A stretch of DNA of 64,000 nucleotides, from IMG/VR virus record IMGVR_UViG_3300031853_000024. One strand, written 5' to 3'. A program made the translations under genes and the position numbers. Below are positions 58,727-64,000 of the stretch, one piece after another. Position 1 is the stretch's first letter. The number at the start of each line of letters is the position of its first letter. Under the pieces are notes generated by a model. That model worked only from the letters and a program-made list of their open reading frames with translations, made no database searches and was not told the DNA's origin. Source of the stretch: an uncultured virus (IMG/VR IMGVR_UViG_3300031853_000024) (Duplodnaviria > Heunggongvirae > Uroviricota > Caudoviricetes > Schitoviridae).

Positions 58727-59130
58727 TGAAAGAGTACCAATTATGGTTTTTTAATATGCTGCAAAACAAGCAGCAGGATATTATCCACACTATGTATAAA
58801 GATTTTGATGAAAGATTATATACATGGCAGGCTTATCATAATAATATATTTGATATGCCTGAAATACTTAAACATATACAACAAGTATTAGAAGAGTGGA
58901 AGAATAAATTTCTAACTAAATCATCGGTATTCTTTACTGATGAAACGCCAGAGGCAGCATTAAATAAACATTTAGAATATTTAGATATATTTCTTGAAGG
59001 AATAAAAAATCAAAAAGAAGTTGAATTATCAGAAGATTTAAAAGAAGTATTTAACGAAGCTCTAGGAATAAAACTAGAGCTTTCTTTTTGTTTACCTTCA
59101 AGAGAGGATATATTAAATGGTAGTGTGTAA
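58726..59130 (+). CDS. hypothetical protein (gp38 position)
   Basis: 134 aa between helicase and DNA polymerase. Confidence 0.65.
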   Translation: MKEYQLWFFNMLQNKQQDIIHTMYKDFDERLYTWQAYHNNIFDMPEILKHIQQVLEEWKNKFLTKSSVFFTDETPEAALNKHLEYLDIFLEGIKNQKEVELSEDLKEVFNEALGIKLELSFCLPSREDILNGSV

Positions 59131-61666
59131 CGGACAACCAATAAAACTAATCTTAATTAAACCAAATTGTTTAATTGAAGATAAGTTGGTTAAGTACTAT
59201 GGTGGTGATTTTACAGCTATAGGAACACCTAGTAATGGACCCGATAGAAAAACATTTAAAGCTGATTTAAAGATAATGATACCTGCTACTACTAAGTGCA
59301 TTATATGTGCTGATGTAGATATGTTTAAATCATTAACTAAGATGAAAAAAACAGGTAACTTAGATGGTGTACCTGTTGATACTGAATTAGGTATTCCTGC
59401 ATTCATAATGCCTAATTACAACAGTATATTCTATAATCCTGAAGAGGCTCAAAGCAGAATGGATTATATCAATGAGCATATTAATGATTATCTTAATGGT
59501 TCATATAAAGTAATAGGAGATAACATTATTCATTCTTCTGAATATCCTACCAATATTATGGAAGTGAATATGTTTCTTAAAAAGCTGTATCAATATGATA
59601 AGATAACAGTGGATATTGAAACAGCTAGTAACCATTTTATAGAACTACCACCTAAAGAAGAAGAACAGTTTGGTAGTGGATTACACCATTTCTCTAATAG
59701 GTTATATTCTATTGGTTTTGCTTGGGATAAACATAATGGTGGAGCATTTATATATGATGATTCTTATAGAGATTTATTAAAACAATTCTTTATAAGTTAT
59801 TCAGGTAGATTAATATTCCATAATGCATCATTTGATATAACACAGCTTATATATCATTTATTTATGAATGATTTAGAAGATTATCCTAATATGCTAGAAG
59901 GATTGCATTGTATGTGTGATAAAACAGATGATACATACTTAATGTCCTATCTAGCACTTAATTCATGTTCATCACCTTCATTAAGTCTTAAATCATTAGC
60001 TTATGAGTATTCAGGTAATTATGCAGAAGATGTATCTGATGTAACTAAAGTACCTGTTCATAATCTTTTGGTTTATAACTTAAAAGATGTTTTATCTACT
60101 TGGTTTGTATATGAGAAATACTACCCTAAAATGATAGAAGATGAACAGGAAACTATTTATAAGGATTTATTTCTACCTAGTCTTAAAACATTAATACAAA
60201 CTCAATTAGTTGGTTTTAGAATTAATGTTAATGCATTAGATAAATTAACTGCTGATTTAAATAAACAGTATGATGATTTAATTAATAAGTTAATGCAATA
60301 TCCTGAAATTAAACAGGTAGAACATATCTTAAACCAAAGAGAATTAATTAAATGGAACAGTGATAGCAAACATAAGAAAGTAAAAACTATTAAAGATTTT
60401 AATAAAACCTTTAATCCAGGTAGTACTAATCATGTAGCTATATTGTTATATGATATTCTTAAAATACCTGTTATTGAATTAACTGAAGGCGGTCAACCTT
60501 CATGTTCATCTAAGACTTTAAAGAAATTGATAAATAGAATTACTGACCAAAGATTATTAGATATTCTTCAATTATTTATTGATATATCTGCTGTTGACCA
60601 AATATTAGTTCTATTTATTCCTGCATTTCAAAGAACACCTACTATGAGTGATGGTACTAAAGGTTTATTTGGTTCATTCAATTTAGGTGGAACTAAAACA
60701 GGTAGATTATCTAGTTCTAAGCCAAATCTACAAAACTTACCTTCTACAGGTTCACCATATGCTAAACCTGTTAAAGATATATTTGTAGCACCTAAAGGAT
60801 TTATATTTGTAGGTGCAGACCAAAGGAGTTTGGAAGATAGAATCAGTGCATTAACTACTAGAGATCCAAATAAGATAAAGGTATATACAGAAGGATATGA
60901 CGGACATTGTTTACGGTCTTATTCATATTTCCAAGAAAAAATGCCTGATATTACTGAAGAAATAAATAAAGGTGAGAAATCAGAAGTAGAAATTATTAAT
61001 TCTATTAAATCAAGATACCCTGAATTAAGACAGAAGTCTAAGAGTATTACTTTCTGCTTAACTTATAGTGGTACTAAATATGCTCTTATGCAGGAATGTG
61101 GATTATCAGAAGAAGATGCAATCCAAGCTGAATCAAGATACCATGAACTGTATAAAGTATCAGACCAATGGGTTAAAGACCATGTAAATAAAGCTTGTAA
61201 AGAGGGTTATGTTACATGTGCTTTTGGTTTAAAATTAAGAACACCTTTAATTAAGAAAGCTATTATGGGAGATAAACATACATTGAAAGAGGCTAGAGCA
61301 GAGGCTAGAACAGCAGGTAATGCTTTAGGTCAATCATGGTGTTTACTTAATAATAGAAGTGCTAATGAAGTAATGCAAATAGTATGGAATAGTCCATATA
61401 AGTATGATGTATTACCTGTAGCAGAAATTCATGATGCTCTATATTTCTTTGTTAAAGATAATTTAGAGATATTATCTTGGTTTAATAAAATATTAATTAA
61501 AGCTATGGAATGGCAGGAAGATCCTATTATTGCTCATGATAAAGTTAAATTAGGTGGAGATTTGGAAGTATTCTATCCTACATGGGCTCATGGTATTGAT
61601 ATACCTAATGGAGCTTCTAAAGATGAAATTGTAGAGGTATTACTAAATGAGAAGAATAACAAATGA
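59117..61666 (+). CDS. family A DNA polymerase with 3'-5' exonuclease (N4 gp39-like)
   Basis: Exo VDIET, FHNASFD, YNLKD; TGRLSSSKPNLQN, motif A GADQRSLEDR, motif B RQKSK..TF.LTY, motif C IHDA. Confidence 0.95.
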   Translation: MVVCNGQPIKLILIKPNCLIEDKLVKYYGGDFTAIGTPSNGPDRKTFKADLKIMIPATTKCIICADVDMFKSLTKMKKTGNLDGVPVDTELGIPAFIMPNYNSIFYNPEEAQSRMDYINEHINDYLNGSYKVIGDNIIHSSEYPTNIMEVNMFLKKLYQYDKITVDIETASNHFIELPPKEEEQFGSGLHHFSNRLYSIGFAWDKHNGGAFIYDDSYRDLLKQFFISYSGRLIFHNASFDITQLIYHLFMNDLEDYPNMLEGLHCMCDKTDDTYLMSYLALNSCSSPSLSLKSLAYEYSGNYAEDVSDVTKVPVHNLLVYNLKDVLSTWFVYEKYYPKMIEDEQETIYKDLFLPSLKTLIQTQLVGFRINVNALDKLTADLNKQYDDLINKLMQYPEIKQVEHILNQRELIKWNSDSKHKKVKTIKDFNKTFNPGSTNHVAILLYDILKIPVIELTEGGQPSCSSKTLKKLINRITDQRLLDILQLFIDISAVDQILVLFIPAFQRTPTMSDGTKGLFGSFNLGGTKTGRLSSSKPNLQNLPSTGSPYAKPVKDIFVAPKGFIFVGADQRSLEDRISALTTRDPNKIKVYTEGYDGHCLRSYSYFQEKMPDITEEINKGEKSEVEIINSIKSRYPELRQKSKSITFCLTYSGTKYALMQECGLSEEDAIQAESRYHELYKVSDQWVKDHVNKACKEGYVTCAFGLKLRTPLIKKAIMGDKHTLKEARAEARTAGNALGQSWCLLNNRSANEVMQIVWNSPYKYDVLPVAEIHDALYFFVKDNLEILSWFNKILIKAMEWQEDPIIAHDKVKLGGDLEVFYPTWAHGIDIPNGASKDEIVEVLLNEKNNK

Positions 61667-62624
61667 TTTAGGTATAGATAATATTATTGCTACTTGGCTT
61701 GCTAGTAATTCTTACAGCGGTAAGAAACAGGGTAAATGCATATCTGCTACTACACTGTTAAGAAGTACGCAGCAACAGGTATTAGGTTATCGTTGTATGA
61801 ATAGTGATGATTATGTAGAACAGGTAGATATAAGTACATTACTTAAATCTCAAATAGGTACTGCTCTACATAAATCTATTCAAGATACATGGGAATCTAA
61901 AGGATTAAGAGAAAATGGATTACTTAATCTAGGTGTTTCACCTGAAAAGATAGCTAAGATTTGTGTTAATCCTGAGAATCCAAGTCCTGATAAATATAAT
62001 CTATTCTTTGAAAAAAGAGTAGAGAAAGAATTTAAAGGTTGGACTATTACAGGTCAATTTGATTTGGTTTGTAATGGTAATTTACATGATTTTAAATCTA
62101 CTAGTACTTATACTTATGTAAATAAAACCAAAGAGAAAGATTATATCTTACAGGGTAGTATTTATAGATGGTTAAATCCTGAATTAATTACAGGTGAGTT
62201 TATTACCATTCATTATATATTTACTGATTGGAATAAAAACTATACACTAAGTAATCCTGACTACCCTAAGTGTCCTTTTGTAAGTGTTAAATTACCTTTA
62301 ATGAGTATTACTGAAATTGAGACATTTATGAGTAATAAGATTATGGGTATTGAGGCTTATCTTGAAGAAGAGAATCTACCTGAATGTGATGCTAAAACAT
62401 TAATGATAGATGAGGTATGGCAATACTTTAGTTCTAATACTGCCCTACGGGCAAGCAAGAACTTTGATAGTCTTATTGAGGCTAATGCTTATTTACTATC
62501 TAAAGGTGGTAAAGGAGTAGTTAAAAAGAAAGCTTCTGAACCTAAGGGCTGCAGCTATTGTAACTGTAGAAATGTATGTAAGCAGTATAAACGATTTGTT
62601 AGTGAAGGTTTAATTAAGGAGTAA
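61647..62624 (+). CDS. PD-(D/E)XK exonuclease, Cas4-like (N4 gp42-like)
   Basis: ISATTLL, IGTALH, EKR, GQFD, HDFKSTS, QGSIYRWL, C-terminal C.YC...VC.Q. Confidence 0.88.
   Translation: MRRITNDLGIDNIIATWLASNSYSGKKQGKCISATTLLRSTQQQVLGYRCMNSDDYVEQVDISTLLKSQIGTALHKSIQDTWESKGLRENGLLNLGVSPEKIAKICVNPENPSPDKYNLFFEKRVEKEFKGWTITGQFDLVCNGNLHDFKSTSTYTYVNKTKEKDYILQGSIYRWLNPELITGEFITIHYIFTDWNKNYTLSNPDYPKCPFVSVKLPLMSITEIETFMSNKIMGIEAYLEEENLPECDAKTLMIDEVWQYFSSNTALRASKNFDSLIEANAYLLSKGGKGVVKKKASEPKGCSYCNCRNVCKQYKRFVSEGLIKE
62441..62453 (+). promoter_or_regulatory. TAC-loop hairpin inside the exonuclease gene, upstream of primase
   Basis: TGCCC-TAC-GGGCA. Confidence 0.6.
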
Positions 62625-62625
62625 T

Positions 62626-64000
62626 ATGAACATAGAAGAAGAAATTAAGAATGCTCAATATGACCCTACTATGGAAAAGATACTAGGTATTATTGAGCGT
62701 AAAACCAATAACAATTCACATAATTATTTTAGAGTTGTTATTTCATTCTACTTGGCTCAAGTAGCATCATCAATGCGATGTAAAATTAAAGGCAAAGTAA
62801 ATAACAATGTACCTGTTAATATGTATGCTTGTGGTTTAATGCAATCAGGAGCAGGTAAAGGTCATAGTCAAGATATACTTGAATCACAGGTAGTAAATAA
62901 ATTTAGAAATACATTTATGAACTCTACTATGCCACATGTTGCTAAAACCTCTATTGAAAAATTAGCTACTCAAAAAAGTATTGTAACAGGTATGCCTGTA
63001 GATGAATGTTTAAAAGCATTAACTGCAGAATATGTAGATTATGGTAATTTTCCATATGCATTTGATAGTGCTACAGGACCAGCATTTAAACAGGTTAGAG
63101 CTAAAGCACAGTTAGCTAAAATAGGTGCATTATCATTTATATGTGATGAAATAGGTTCTAATATATTAGCTAATCCTGAGTTATTAGCTATTGGTTTGGA
63201 AGTATTTGATTTAGGTAAAACCAAGAATAAATTAACTAAGGATAGTGCTAATAGTAAGAGAACAGAATCAAGAGAAGACCCTGTACCTACTAATATGCTT
63301 TGGTTTGGTACACCTGCTAAATTACTTAATTCAGGTAAAGAAGAAGATGAGTTCTATTCTCAATTACAGGCAGGATATGCACGTAGATTATTCTATGGTG
63401 AGGGTACTAAACAAAATAAGAAATTCAAATCAGGTAAAGAATTTAGAGAAGATTTACTTAAAGGTAATTCAGATAAAACATTACAGGATTTATCTGATAA
63501 TTTAGGTATATTATCTAATCTTCAATACTATGATAAAACATTATTGTTAGGTGATGCAGAAGAAGAATTGCTATATGATTATCAGCTTTATTGTGAACAA
63601 AGAGCTGAATCATTATCTGATGAGGCTACTGAGGCATTAAGTAAAGCTGAATTAAGTACACGTCATTGGAAAGCTCTTAAATTAGCAGGTGCATATGCAT
63701 TCTGTGAAAAGAGTAATACAGTAGAGCGTAGACACTTATTAGCTGCATTTAAGCTAGCTGAAGATAGTGGTCAATCCTTTAGAAAGATAATGTATAGAGA
63801 TCCTGACTTTGTTAAGCTTGCTAAGTATATTAGTAAAGCAGGTAAACCATTAACTTATGCTGCATTAGCAGAGGTATTACCATTCTTTAAGGATAAACAG
63901 AAACAAGCTACAGAATATCTTATTACTTTGGCTTCTGCATGGGGATATGATAATGGTATTGCTATTAAATCATTTGAAATAAATAAAATACCATTCCTTG
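62626..64000 (+). CDS. N4 gp43-like primase-associated protein (DUF3987-type P-loop), truncated by the window end
   Basis: AAGGAG SD, ATG 62626; PVNMYA..SGAGKG, FDSATGPA.KQ, DEIGSN, WFGTP.KLL, GYARR, RHWKALKLAGAYAF; runs off the window. Confidence 0.85.
   Translation, partial: MNIEEEIKNAQYDPTMEKILGIIERKTNNNSHNYFRVVISFYLAQVASSMRCKIKGKVNNNVPVNMYACGLMQSGAGKGHSQDILESQVVNKFRNTFMNSTMPHVAKTSIEKLATQKSIVTGMPVDECLKALTAEYVDYGNFPYAFDSATGPAFKQVRAKAQLAKIGALSFICDEIGSNILANPELLAIGLEVFDLGKTKNKLTKDSANSKRTESREDPVPTNMLWFGTPAKLLNSGKEEDEFYSQLQAGYARRLFYGEGTKQNKKFKSGKEFREDLLKGNSDKTLQDLSDNLGILSNLQYYDKTLLLGDAEEELLYDYQLYCEQRAESLSDEATEALSKAELSTRHWKALKLAGAYAFCEKSNTVERRHLLAAFKLAEDSGQSFRKIMYRDPDFVKLAKYISKAGKPLTYAALAEVLPFFKDKQKQATEYLITLASAWGYDNGIAIKSFEINKIPFL

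Noticed and set aside
62771..62780. CAATGCGATG partial copy of the early motif
   Set aside because: Lies inside the primase-like CDS (S-M-R-C), matches only 10 of 14, and has no regulatory context
1..64000. Canonical tRNA genes, introns/inteins and stop-codon reassignment
   Set aside because: No normally ordered cloverleaf recognised; core genes are intact and of expected size under the standard code

Overview
This window is most of the genome of an AT-rich (roughly 30% GC by eye) N4-like podophage (Schitoviridae-type). The call rests on a 4,883-aa virion RNA polymerase, a two-subunit RNAP II, and N4-type portal, capsid, terminase, helicase, family-A DNA polymerase, exonuclease and primase genes. 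The spanin pair points to a Gram-negative host. Layout: (1) 1.2-40.7 kb is one long minus-strand late block, transcribed portal > scaffold > capsid > gp55/54/53-like > five ejection-type proteins > vRNAP > terminase > tail/fibre genes; (2) 40.7-45.6 kb holds dUTPase, spanins, a ThyX-like gene and small ORFs; (3) 45.9-64 kb holds early/middle and replication genes on the plus strand. Most notable observations: a strand-polarised family of DNA mini-hairpins (variable stem-CC-TAC-GG-stem) at ten sites plus one variant, including sites encoded inside late genes; a circularly permuted tRNA-like (YrlA-shaped) element at 1443-1540; terminator-adjacent sequences antisense to the phage's own translation start sites; RBS-occluding hairpins overlapped by sigma70-like promoters; a near-consensus CRP box; and a glycosyltransferase-like gene among several tail-fibre genes. 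All calls come from reading motifs by eye. No database search or folding program was run, and N4 gp numbers are assigned by motif and synteny.
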